From Candidatus Iainarchaeum sp. (GTDB taxonomy: Archaea; Iainarchaeota; Iainarchaeia; Iainarchaeales; JAGVWC01): a stretch of 64,000 nucleotides of DNA. The stretch lies in the NCBI GenBank assembly GCA_018304465.1, contig JAGVWC010000009.1, positions 125,696 to 189,695 of the forward strand. The letters run 5' to 3'. The notes under the pieces were generated by a model that was given only the letters and a program-made list of their open reading frames with translations, was not told the origin of the DNA and did not search any database. The position numbers and the translations under genes were made by a program. Numbering within the stretch: the first letter of the stretch is position 1; each line of letters begins with the position of its first letter. Shown in pieces: positions 48,974 through 58,600 of this stretch.

Positions 48974-50224
48974 ATGGCTTCGAAATTTCAAACGGTTCGC
49001 GGAATGCGGGATTTTTTGCCTGCGGATTGCCGGAAAAAAAAACAAGTGGAAGCGGTTTGCCGCGAAGTATTCGCGTCTTTTGGTTTTGAACCGCTTCAAA
49101 CTCCGGTAGTGGAGCCGTTCGAATTGCTTTCGGCCAAAGGCAGCGCCGGAGAAGCCATCAAAGACGAAGTGTACTGGTTTAAGGACAAAGGAGACCGAGA
49201 AGTGGGTTTGCGGTTTGATTTGACGGTTCCGCTGGGTCGCGTGGTCGCGTCGAATCCCCAGTTGCCAAAGCCGTTCAAGCGGTATCAAATCGGAACGGTG
49301 TACCGTTATGATCGCCCGCAAGCCAAGCGGTACCGCGAGTTTACGCAGGCGGATGTCGATATTGTCGGAGTGTCGGATGTAACCGCGGAGTTTGAGATTA
49401 TTGCGATCGCGGTTAAAATCATGCAGCGGTTGGAACTGGATTTTTTCATCAAATTGAATTCGCGTCCGGTGCTCGAGCGAATCGCATTGAAATGCAACGT
49501 GAAAAAAGAGCAGATTCCAGATTGTTTTCGTTTGATTGATAAGCAGGACAAGTCGGATTGGAAAACGATTGACGCGGAATTAAAACAAAAAGGAATCGAC
49601 CCGAAGATCGCCAAGGTTTTGCAGGAAAATAATCTTGTTGAAATCGAAAAACTGGTGGGACGCGATCCGTCGTTCGAATCGTTGTTGGGTTTGATGGAAT
49701 TGCTTTCCGAAAGTGGGTTGGATAAATTTGTCAAGCTTGATTTCGCCTTGGCGCGCGGACTGGATTATTATACCGGAACCGTGTTCGAGGTGTCATCCGA
49801 AAACACGACGGTTGCGGCGGGCGGGCGATACGACAAACTTGTGGAACAATACGGAGGACCCGCGACTCCGTGCGTTGGAATTTCGTTTGGCGTGGACCGG
49901 TTGTTTGATTTGGTGTCGCAGCGATGGGTGTTGCCAGCCGTTTCCCGAGTGCTGGTCGTGTGTCTTGATTCCAAGCAACAAGGCTATGCGTTCAAAGTGG
50001 CGGAATCGCTTCGAAAAGCGGGAGTCAACGTGGAATCGGATTTGCTTTTCCGAAACATCGGGAAAAACATTGAGTATGCCGTCAAAAAAGGCATTCCGAT
50101 GTTGGCGATTGTGGGAGAAAACGAAGCCAAAGAACAAAAGGTGACTCTCAAAAATTTGGCGAAAAAAACCCAGTTTTTGGTTCCTTTATCCCAAGCGGGG
50201 TCGTTTTTGGCGAATTCCAATTAA
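48974..50224 (+). CDS. hisS: Histidyl-tRNA synthetase
   Basis: RGMRDF, LRFDLT, YRYDRPQAKRYREFTQAD, RGLDYYTG and GGRYD motifs, plus a C-terminal anticodon-binding domain. Confidence 0.97.
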   Translation: MASKFQTVRGMRDFLPADCRKKKQVEAVCREVFASFGFEPLQTPVVEPFELLSAKGSAGEAIKDEVYWFKDKGDREVGLRFDLTVPLGRVVASNPQLPKPFKRYQIGTVYRYDRPQAKRYREFTQADVDIVGVSDVTAEFEIIAIAVKIMQRLELDFFIKLNSRPVLERIALKCNVKKEQIPDCFRLIDKQDKSDWKTIDAELKQKGIDPKIAKVLQENNLVEIEKLVGRDPSFESLLGLMELLSESGLDKFVKLDFALARGLDYYTGTVFEVSSENTTVAAGGRYDKLVEQYGGPATPCVGISFGVDRLFDLVSQRWVLPAVSRVLVVCLDSKQQGYAFKVAESLRKAGVNVESDLLFRNIGKNIEYAVKKGIPMLAIVGENEAKEQKVTLKNLAKKTQFLVPLSQAGSFLANSN

Positions 50225-50282
50225 AAGCTTTTCTTTGGCCAAATTGGTTGGTAAATGGTTCTTTTCGATTAAAGACTTTTGG

Positions 50283-50356
50283 GCCACAGTAGCACAACCT
50301 GGTGGTGTTCGGCATTGGTAATGCCGAGGTTGGGGGTTCAAATCCCCCCTGTGGCT
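50283..50356 (+). tRNA. tRNA-Thr (GGT)
   Basis: Acceptor stem GCCACAG/CTGTGGC, anticodon arm CGGCA-TTGGTAA-TGCCG, T loop TTCAAAT. Confidence 0.95.
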
Positions 50357-51075
50357 TTCCATTCAGTAATTTTTTGAATGTTTTTGGGGTTTGAAAATCC
50401 GATCAATCGCTCCCACCGTGAAAAATTTTTCGCCCCATAAAGAAAGATTCTCCATGTTTCACAAGGGGTGTTCGTCAGATAGTGATTTTGCAATTGGCGC
50501 GTGATTGAAAAAGTAAATCCGTTCACTTTCAATACTTCGCCAACTTTGTAAATCAATTTTTTACTCTTACTGGTAATGTCCAAGCGGGGATACGGACGCG
50601 CTTTTTTGTTTCGATTAACAAATCGTAGGTACCCATCTGTATCGAAGAGACCTCGCAGGAAATCAAAAATATACGGACTTCCAAAAAGCATTCCCGAAAT
50701 CTGAATATTGTCCTTTCGGCCAATCGGAAAACCGATTGATCGTTTAAACTCGCATAATCCTTTGGACGTGGCATAACACCCAAGACAACTATGACCATTC
50801 CGAATATGCAGGTTAAGGTTGTATATTTTTTTGTACAAAGGAACAAGTATATTATCGATATAGTCGCGTTCCTTTTTACTTGAAGCAATTTCGTAAATGT
50901 ATTTTGTTCCCCAAATCGATTTTTTAATACTCAGATATCCATCGCCCGTATGAATTCCCATTTCTTCTGCCAACTCGTGTGTCATGAATTCGGGAACAGA
51001 AAGTCCTTTTTCAATATCTGTTCGAGAGAGATTCACGGTAATCGTTTGATTCTGTGAATTTAATATCGGAAACAT
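50338..51075 (-). CDS. Free-standing two-motif LAGLIDADG homing-endonuclease-like protein
   Basis: LAEEMGIHTGDGYL and FDFLRGLFDTDGYL motifs, GFPIGRK and IGFSNPK. The stop codon lies in the antisense T loop of tRNA-Thr. Confidence 0.9.
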   Translation of the reverse strand: MFPILNSQNQTITVNLSRTDIEKGLSVPEFMTHELAEEMGIHTGDGYLSIKKSIWGTKYIYEIASSKKERDYIDNILVPLYKKIYNLNLHIRNGHSCLGCYATSKGLCEFKRSIGFPIGRKDNIQISGMLFGSPYIFDFLRGLFDTDGYLRFVNRNKKARPYPRLDITSKSKKLIYKVGEVLKVNGFTFSITRQLQNHYLTNTPCETWRIFLYGAKNFSRWERLIGFSNPKNIQKITEWKATGGI

Positions 51076-51216
51076 GATGAGATAACCCGGTTCCTGCGAT
51101 TAATCTTTGCAGGCACTCTTCATTGCCGGTGATTTGACAAGGATATGCTGGAGTATCTGTGTTTTTCGGGACACCAACCTTTTTATTGGAAAAACTCCTT
51201 CTATTAACCGATCTTC

Positions 51217-52746
51217 ATGGTTGTGGGTTTGGGCGCGTTAACCGAAGTCGGAGTGATTTTGGGGTTTGGCCTGATTTTAAGCATTTTTTTCAAGCGCATG
51301 GGCCAGAGTCCCGTGCTTGGATTTATTTTGTCGGGTTTTTTGCTTGGGCCTTTTTTGTTGAATTATATCCAACCGGGAAGCGAATTGCTCTCTGCGTTTG
51401 CCGAATTGGGTTTGTTCGTTTTGTTGTTTTATCTTGGAATCGAATTGTCGTTTAAGGATTTTATCAAAGCGGGGGTTCCGACGTTGGGACTCGCGTTGGT
51501 GGATATGCTTTTTTCCGTGATCGGTGGCGTGATTCTGGCTTTAGTACTGGGGTTTTCGTTTTTGTTTTCCGTGATCGTCGGAATGATGTTGTTTTCAACC
51601 AGTTCCGCGATTGTCGGAAAGTTTTTGCTTGATCGGGGAATGATGAAAGAAAAAACCGCGCAATTGGCCATGGCGATTTTGATTTTGCAGGATTTTTTGG
51701 GTATTTTGCTGTTGGTTTTCATTTCGAGTCTGTCGAGTTCGGGTTCCGCGGTTTCTCTCGGTGTCACGGCGGTCGTGTTCGCGGCGGTCGCGTTTTACGC
51801 GGTGCATCGTTTATCCGGAGTCGCGGAAAAGATTTTTGAAAAATTCGATTTGTCCGCAACGGAAATGACTTTGTACGCGCTTGGGATCGGATTGATCGTC
51901 GCGACATTGGGCAGTTTTTTGGGTTTGTCATCCGCATTGGGCGCGTATTTTGCGGGGTTTGCGTTGTCCGAGTTCAAAGCCGGCGAGCACGTCAAAAAAG
52001 AATTGAATTTTTTGCGCGAATTTTTTCTCTTGTTTTTCTTTGTCGCGTTTGGAGCCACGTTGTTTTTCGACGCGGAACTAGGCGCCGTGGTTGTTCCCGA
52101 GTTTTCCCAGTTGATTTTCGTGACCGGGTTTACGGTAGGGCTTACCATTGTCGCGATGATTGCGCACGGGGCTTCTTTGACGATGTTTGGTCCTTTGTTT
52201 GGTTTGACGAATCGGGCGTCAAGCGAAGTCGCGATTTTGTTGGGGCCCTTGGGTGAGTTTGTCATCATCATTGCCCTTGCGGCAATTCCGTTGTTGAGTA
52301 AAAGCGAAGCGACGTTGCTCTCACCCATCGCGTTTTTGCTGATTTTGTTGACGTTGTTCTTGTTCCAACCGGTATACAGACGTTTGGATTGGCATGATCG
52401 TCTCACGACCCGAATTCCCGCGTTTGCGCCGCGACCTTTGGTGGAAGAACCTGTCAAACAGTATTCGGATGAAGGTCGAGATGCCTTGCATTCATTTGGA
52501 ATCAATTTGTTGATTATTATTTTGCTGGCTTGGATTACGATCCAGTTGTATTCCGCGGTTCCTGAGTTAGGGATTCCGATTCCGTACGGCCGCTTGATTT
52601 CAACCGTGATTTTATTCGCTTTTTTCGCGGTGGTTCCTTTTTTTAGGGTGATTCGCGCCAGTCGCAAGTTGTTTCATTATTCGATGAACCGACAAGATCC
52701 AAAATCCCCGGAAAGGCCTCGAAACAATAGTTTTTTAAGCCGTTAA
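51217..52746 (+). CDS. Cation:proton antiporter (CPA2/Kef-like)
   Basis: ELGLFVLLFYLGIEL, STSSAIV, ILILQD, LGAYFAG and PLGEF motifs; more than 12 TM segments. Confidence 0.9.
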   Translation: MVVGLGALTEVGVILGFGLILSIFFKRMGQSPVLGFILSGFLLGPFLLNYIQPGSELLSAFAELGLFVLLFYLGIELSFKDFIKAGVPTLGLALVDMLFSVIGGVILALVLGFSFLFSVIVGMMLFSTSSAIVGKFLLDRGMMKEKTAQLAMAILILQDFLGILLLVFISSLSSSGSAVSLGVTAVVFAAVAFYAVHRLSGVAEKIFEKFDLSATEMTLYALGIGLIVATLGSFLGLSSALGAYFAGFALSEFKAGEHVKKELNFLREFFLLFFFVAFGATLFFDAELGAVVVPEFSQLIFVTGFTVGLTIVAMIAHGASLTMFGPLFGLTNRASSEVAILLGPLGEFVIIIALAAIPLLSKSEATLLSPIAFLLILLTLFLFQPVYRRLDWHDRLTTRIPAFAPRPLVEEPVKQYSDEGRDALHSFGINLLIIILLAWITIQLYSAVPELGIPIPYGRLISTVILFAFFAVVPFFRVIRASRKLFHYSMNRQDPKSPERPRNNSFLSR

Positions 52747-52761
52747 TGGTGTTTCTTCGGT

Positions 52762-53589
52762 ATGTGGGGCATTGCGTTTTTGCTTTTCCTGGTGTTAACG
52801 GTACTTGGTTTTTTGGTTCACCCCGCGATCGGAATCGTTTTGGTTATCGTTGACTTGGTGTTTATTCTCGTTTCGATTCGCGTGATTATGGAGTATCAGC
52901 GCGGAGTGGTTTTTACCTTCGGAAAGTTTACGGGTAATCTTTCGCCGGGTTTTAATCTGGTTGTGCCCGGAGTCCAGCGTATTGCCATGGTGGATTTGCG
53001 CGTTCGCGTGGACGATGTTCCGGAACAATCTCCAATCACCAAAGACAACGTGTCGCTAAAAGTCGATGCCGTGATTTATTACAAGATTCTTGAGGAAAAA
53101 GCTCAGGATGCCATTATTGAAGTCGAGGATTACCGGTACGCGGTAAGCCAGTTGGCGCAAACCACGATGCGAAACGTGATCGGAAACATGCTGTTGGATG
53201 AAGTGTTAAGCAAACGAGACGAAGTCGCGAACAAGATTCGTGAAGTCGTCGAAGTCGCGTCCGGAAAATGGGGCGTAGACGTGGAAGCCGTAAAGCTTCG
53301 ATTGATCGAATTGCCGGAAGAAATGAAACGCGTCATGGCGCGTGCCGCGGAAGCCGAGCGAATCAAGCGCGCGGCGATTATCAAGGCGTCCGGTGAAGCC
53401 CAGGCGGCTCAGATTGTTTCCAAAGCCGCGGAAACGATTGCAAGCGTCGAAGGCGGATTGAATTTGCGTACGATTCAAGGATTACAACAGATTTCTTCGG
53501 ATCCGTCCAATGAAGTCGTGTTCTTTGTTCCCATTGATACGATTAAGCCGCTCGAAGGATATCCCGAAGCCAAGGAGGGAAAAAAATGA
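52762..53589 (+). CDS. SPFH/stomatin (band 7) protein
   Basis: N-terminal TM, EYQRGVVF.FGK, ITKDNVSL.VDAV, AQTTMRNVIG and AEAER motifs. Confidence 0.93.
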   Translation: MWGIAFLLFLVLTVLGFLVHPAIGIVLVIVDLVFILVSIRVIMEYQRGVVFTFGKFTGNLSPGFNLVVPGVQRIAMVDLRVRVDDVPEQSPITKDNVSLKVDAVIYYKILEEKAQDAIIEVEDYRYAVSQLAQTTMRNVIGNMLLDEVLSKRDEVANKIREVVEVASGKWGVDVEAVKLRLIELPEEMKRVMARAAEAERIKRAAIIKASGEAQAAQIVSKAAETIASVEGGLNLRTIQGLQQISSDPSNEVVFFVPIDTIKPLEGYPEAKEGKK

Positions 53590-54365
53590 TTGTCGAAACC
53601 CTTCTTTGGATCATTGTCTTTATCATCGTTTTCTTTTTGTTTGGTTCGCTAAAAATCGTGAACCAGTACGAACGCGGAATAAAATTTACATTGGGTCGTT
53701 ATGCGGGCATTATGGAACCGGGAATCAATTGGGTGGTTCCGATTTTCCAATCCTGGATCCGAGTGGACATGCGAACCATTGTTCGCGATGTTCCGCGTCA
53801 AGACATCATGACCCAGGACAACGTTTCCGCGATCATTAACGCGGTCGTGTATTACAAAGTCGTCAAAGCGGATTTAGCGGTTTTGAAGGTTCAGGATTAT
53901 CATTTCGCGATTTCACAATTGGGTCAAACCTCCATGCGCGACGTGATCGGCGAAGTGAGTTTGGACGAATTATTGGCCAAACGCGAGTTAGTTGCCGGAA
54001 AAATCCGCGAGATTTTGGACAAAGCGTCCGATCCGTGGGGAATCAAGGTTGAAGCCGTGGAATTAAAAGAAATCATTTTGCCCGAAAGCCTGATCCGCGT
54101 GATTTCGCTGGAAGCCGAAGCCGAGCGCGACAAGCGCGCCATCGTGATCAAGGCGTCGGGAGAATTCGAGTCCGCCAAGAACCTCGCGCAAGCCGCCAAG
54201 GAATTGACGCGCGTCAAAGGCGGAATCCATTTGCGCACCCTGCAAACGATTAATTCGCTTTCAACCGAAAAAAGCAAAACCGTCGTGTACGCGATTCCAA
54301 GCGAATTGCTCAAGAGCATCGATATTCGCGTATTGGATTTTTTCAAGGAAATGAAGAAAAAATGA
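53586..54365 (+). CDS. SPFH/stomatin (band 7) protein, second paralog
   Basis: QYERGIKFTLGR, MTQDNVS, GQTSMRDVIG, DPWGIKV and LRTLQT motifs; ATGA overlap with the upstream gene. Confidence 0.93.
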   Translation: MIVETLLWIIVFIIVFFLFGSLKIVNQYERGIKFTLGRYAGIMEPGINWVVPIFQSWIRVDMRTIVRDVPRQDIMTQDNVSAIINAVVYYKVVKADLAVLKVQDYHFAISQLGQTSMRDVIGEVSLDELLAKRELVAGKIREILDKASDPWGIKVEAVELKEIILPESLIRVISLEAEAERDKRAIVIKASGEFESAKNLAQAAKELTRVKGGIHLRTLQTINSLSTEKSKTVVYAIPSELLKSIDIRVLDFFKEMKKK

Positions 54366-54407
54366 TTTTTTCTTTTTCGAAAAACCCGGAAAAAGGGTTC
54401 GGTCAAG

Positions 54408-55065
54408 CGGTTGAAATCCTGATTTTTGTATTTTTGTCAAGTGCGGTTGATTACTCGTTAATTCTTTGGGTTTTTTTTATCGCTTGCTGGAAAATAATTG
54501 TGAGGTACGGTAGCATGGAAGTATTCTAAAATGCTCCATATCCCAGGAAGTTTTTCTGGGTCAATGGATTTTCCGTTCAGAGTGACTTTTCCATCTGGTT
54601 CGATTTTTAGCCCTGTTGGATGAAGTCTGGAATTAATAAAAGCAAGGTCGCCTTTTCGCTCCGTAATCCCTCGATACTGTGTATAGGTATCTCTTGAAAC
54701 CGTTCTACTGTTGAGATCAGGGGTATTCAGTATGGGCTTAAGAGGTCTTTGCTGGTAAGAAGGAGCACGATCTGTTCTTTTTCGCTCTCTTTCAGAGGTA
54801 AAATGAATGCGCGTAACTTTAAGAACGCCTTCATCGTTTTGTAACATTAATCTCAATTGACCCCCTAAGTTTCTTGTTCTTAAAGCGGGGCTTCGTGGAA
54901 TCACAGCGGTGGGGCGACTTCTGGGTTTTTTCGTTGGTTTTGGTCTCGGTATTTTATCACCAAAAGAATTTAGTGTTTTCCCCTTAAAAATCATTTCGCT
55001 TGGGGGTTCTGTCTAATCCTCGGTTGAAATCTTGATTTGTGGATTTTTGTCAAGTGTGGTTGATT
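54408..55065 (+). repeat. Two 45-bp direct repeats (54408-54452 and 55021-55065), subterminal element ends
   Basis: Consensus CGGTTGAAATCyTGATTTkTGkATTTTTGTCAAGTGyGGTTGATT with 41/45 identity. Related motifs occur inverted at about 55596-55645. Confidence 0.9.
54458..54994 (-). CDS. Passenger hypothetical protein, basic and Pro-rich N-terminus
   Basis: 178-aa ORF between the two left ends, AT-richer than the core genes. Confidence 0.6.
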   Translation of the reverse strand: MIFKGKTLNSFGDKIPRPKPTKKPRSRPTAVIPRSPALRTRNLGGQLRLMLQNDEGVLKVTRIHFTSERERKRTDRAPSYQQRPLKPILNTPDLNSRTVSRDTYTQYRGITERKGDLAFINSRLHPTGLKIEPDGKVTLNGKSIDPEKLPGIWSILEYFHATVPHNYFPASDKKNPKN

Positions 55066-55069
55066 TTCC

Positions 55070-55318
55070 TTAAATTAGGCAAATTGGCATTTCAATAGTA
55101 CTGCCCGATAGTTTGCCAGATAAATACATCATCCCGCCGGAGGGAAAAGTAGTAGCACCTGATATTGGTCTATTTCCTATCTCGGTGGGAGTTATCCATG
55201 TGTGACCGTGTGGTTCAATGTGTGAGTAACCATAGTAAATGTCGAGTCGGTCATCAACTTTATATCCAGAGGCAAAAAGGGCATTATCAGGTATCCAACG
55301 GATGTGTTTCATGTTCAA
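55070..55318 (-). CDS. Small passenger hypothetical protein
   Basis: 82-aa ORF overlapping the 3' end of the transposase remnant; contains an H..PHGH motif. Confidence 0.5.
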   Translation of the reverse strand: MNMKHIRWIPDNALFASGYKVDDRLDIYYGYSHIEPHGHTWITPTEIGNRPISGATTFPSGGMMYLSGKLSGSTIEMPICLI

Positions 55319-55530
55319 ATTTTTTGTTGCTTTGTTTAATTAAACTTATCCACCGATTTTGTCCTAATTCGATTTGGATTCTGGCTTTTTGTGCGAGTGT
55401 TTCTCGGTTTAGTGCTTGGTGGGGGCGCACGAAGTTGTAGAATGTCCGATAATCGTTTGAATGACGGAGCAGGCTTTTTTGGTCGGCTAATCCACGCATG
55501 ACTTTGAGGCACCCGAGCTGGTTTCAAAAT
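55287..55530 (-). pseudogene. C-terminal remnant of an IS6-like DDE transposase
   Basis: MRGL...YNFVRPHQALNRETLAQKARIQIELGQNRWISLI matches the YNFhRPHxxLxxxTPAxxAG terminus; the catalytic core is deleted. Confidence 0.8.
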
Positions 55531-55692
55531 CAGTCGTTACGACTGAAACCAAAAAGGTGCTGAGGGACGTTCGAAAAATCAAGTCCAAATAATCAAATCA
55601 ACCGGTCTTGACACGTACTCCATCAACCGATTACTTGACAGAACCGGAAAAAGAAATATTTAAATAGTAGAAAGCTGCACGTAGGATCATTG

Positions 55693-58600
55693 ATGAATCA
55701 CCGCGCCTTATTTGGAGTCTTGTTATTAATGGGGATAATCAGCCCCACGGTTTTCGGCACGTACATTACGCTTTCCGCGGTCGGCGGACCGTTCTCCACA
55801 GATTCAAATATTCTCATCATCGGAAAAGTGTTCGACAACAACGGGTACGCAAGAGGCTATGTCGATGTTAACTCGTATGTCGTCAGTGATTCGAATGTGG
55901 CCAGTGATTTGAATTATCATGGAAGTGTTTCGGGAACGTTTATTCGAACGCTTCTGCCGGGCGATTTGGCTGCGGGAGATTATAACATCGTTGCCGTGGA
56001 TCTCAATCGCAATATCCGCACCAGCGTACGCATTTCCGTGCGAAGCGTCAAAGGCGGCGCTATTACGTTTAACACGCATAATCCCCCGTTCAACAAGAGC
56101 ACCGGCGAAGATATCAATTTTACTTTGCTGGGAAAAGGCGCGGGAAATGCGGATACCAATGTCATGGTTCAGGTACGCTTGATTTCGGACGCCAACAATT
56201 CGCAGGCATCGCCGTACATCGACGTGAATGCCAATGGATTGGACCAAAATGTGATTGGCACTTCGGGTCTCTCCCAGGGACTATATTATATTGATGTGAA
56301 TAATGGACTGGCCTTGTTCCCGGTTCCGGTGTTCCAATTCAAGGGATTTTTGGACATCAAGGACGACCAGAACAACGCGACGAACGTGTTCGGTCCCGGC
56401 AAAACCGTGTATGTCACGGCCAAAGCTGTGAATTTCGATGGGAACATCAACCAGACAATTACCGCGATCGACGTGACGGTACGAAACCCCAGTGGCGTGA
56501 GCACGACGGTCACCTGTACCGGAACCGCCCAAAAAACATGCCCGTATGCGATTCCCGCGGATGCAAATTCCGGCGAATACCTCGTGTCCGCAACGATCAC
56601 GGTGGGAAGCGATCCGTTGCGTGTACGCAGGTCGTTTTTCGTTCAGGCATACCAGTTGAAATTTTTTCCGCAGACCTTTATCGGCGGCGATGCGGGCCGC
56701 GAAAAGATGCCCAGCGTTTTCCCAAGCGGTGCAACGGTGAATTTCGAGATGCGTATGGTCAACACCGCAACCGGGACCGAGTTGTCGGGATCCAACGACC
56801 TTAATTACCGATTTTGCCAGGACCAGAACGTGCAGACCTTCATTTCGCTGGCAGGCGCAACCGACCGTAACCGTACCACGGCCACGATGGTTTACGCTTC
56901 GGCGACGCCCAATTACTGCGTGGTAGCCATCACGGCGCCCCAAACACAGGGAACCTATCAGGTCACGGCCGAAGTCCAAAACGGGACCGAAACCATGCGC
57001 CGGACATCGGTTCTCGTCGTGCAGAATTACATGATTTTCTCGAGCCCCGTTTCACCAGACACCTTTGATCCTTCGTCCCCCACGGGCAAATTCACGTTCT
57101 ACAAAGGCGAAAGCGTGGGTTTCAACCCGAGTTACGTGGACCTCAACGGAAGCCTTAATCCCAAGATTTCCGCGGTGCGCCAGATTCGCGTCCTGGAGGA
57201 CGGCGGAGCAAAAACCTTCACGGCGGCCGGCGACATTACTTGGAATTCAGACAAGAACATTTTGACACTGAGCGCCGCCGCGGTCAACACCTTAAGCGGC
57301 GGGTTCAAGCAGGTCGAGATGCTTGTCGATGTGAACGCGGCGGATGCCAACGCCTCCAATATCACCGCCTTTGGCATGTTTAAACTCCAGTTGTTGAACC
57401 TGTCCGCAACGCTTTGGAGCGGATCCAGCGCGGACGCGAACAGCGCCAAAAGCGGCCAATTCGGACCGCCATCGGTCGGATTGGACGAAAACATTTTTAT
57501 TCGAGTGTCCGCCACCACCGGTAGCAGCACGGGAATTTCCGGCGCGACCGTCCAACTGCGATCGATGCGCAATGTGGATACGTGGGAAGAAATGACCACC
57601 AGCGCAGTGTCTTCGCGCGTCACGGACGCCAACGGAAACGCGGTGCTGGATATCGGAACCCTGATCGGCCTTGGGAAAGGAAGCGGCGGATACATGGTCG
57701 AAGTAGCGGTCACCACTTCGGACGGCAATTCGGATACCACTGAAATGTTTTTCGACTCGCGGCGCTTTTCGGTTTTCCTTCAGCCGCTGGATCGGACCTC
57801 GGGCACCCAATGTCAATTCGCCCAGGGATTCCGAAAAGACGAGAACGCCTCTTTTATCATCCGCGCGTTCGACCCGCAAAGCGGTTTCGGAGCAGGCGAC
57901 ATCAATCTCATTGTTGCCGACAGCGGCGCGCTCAAACTGATGTATTTCGGGTCGCCCACCAAGCCCCAGTTCCCGCCGCTCGTGGACACCAACGTGTATT
58001 ACGACGTGAATGCCGCATATCCCTGCATGGCCCAGGGCGGATCCGGCGGAGGGGAACCCGGCTCGCCGACCAACTTGATCATGATCACGCTACGAAAACC
58101 AAATGACACCAACTGGACCACTGGATTTTTTGACGTCTCGCTTCAAACCGATGCGAACGGGGGCCGATTCGATGGCAATCGCGAGACCGGCCGCGGATTC
58201 ATGCGTATCCAATCCTTTAGTTTCACCGCCAACCCGAACGAAGTCGGCCAATACGGCGCGCCGACTGCCAAACCTGGCGCGGTTTTCGACGTCAATACCG
58301 TCATCTTTGGCACCACGGGGGATGTTAACATCACGGCCCAACTGGTGGACATGATGGGCGGCGGCAAGATGGATTTTGGCGAAGCCGCAGGCTCGGACCT
58401 TAATATCGGCCTACGAAACCCAGGGCTTAACGGAGACTGCAACGCGACGAGCTGTCCCTTGAAATATCTGCAAAAATCAAGCGATTCCAACTCGCAAGAT
58501 GTCAACGTCATCAGAGTATTCATTCCATCCGGCACGAAACTGCAGGACTATCTCATCATGCTGACCGCGACCGACAGCGCCGGAAACACTGCCGAAGCAG

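Larger units (their letters stand above)
54396..55645. mobile_element. Non-autonomous IS6-like composite element carrying passenger ORFs
   Basis: TIRs GGTTCGGTCAAG and CTTGACAGAACC, a perfect 8-bp TSD GGAAAAAG (54388-54395 and 55646-55653), an internal second left end at 55005, and a transposase remnant. Confidence 0.85.

Noticed and set aside
51795-52667. 290-aa antisense ORF
   Set aside because: A shadow of the T-rich antiporter gene.
54408-55065. 45-bp repeats as a CRISPR array or integron attC sites
   Set aside because: There are only two copies about 570 bp apart, with no cas or tyrosine integrase gene and no attC R-box palindrome. Transposon ends explain them better.
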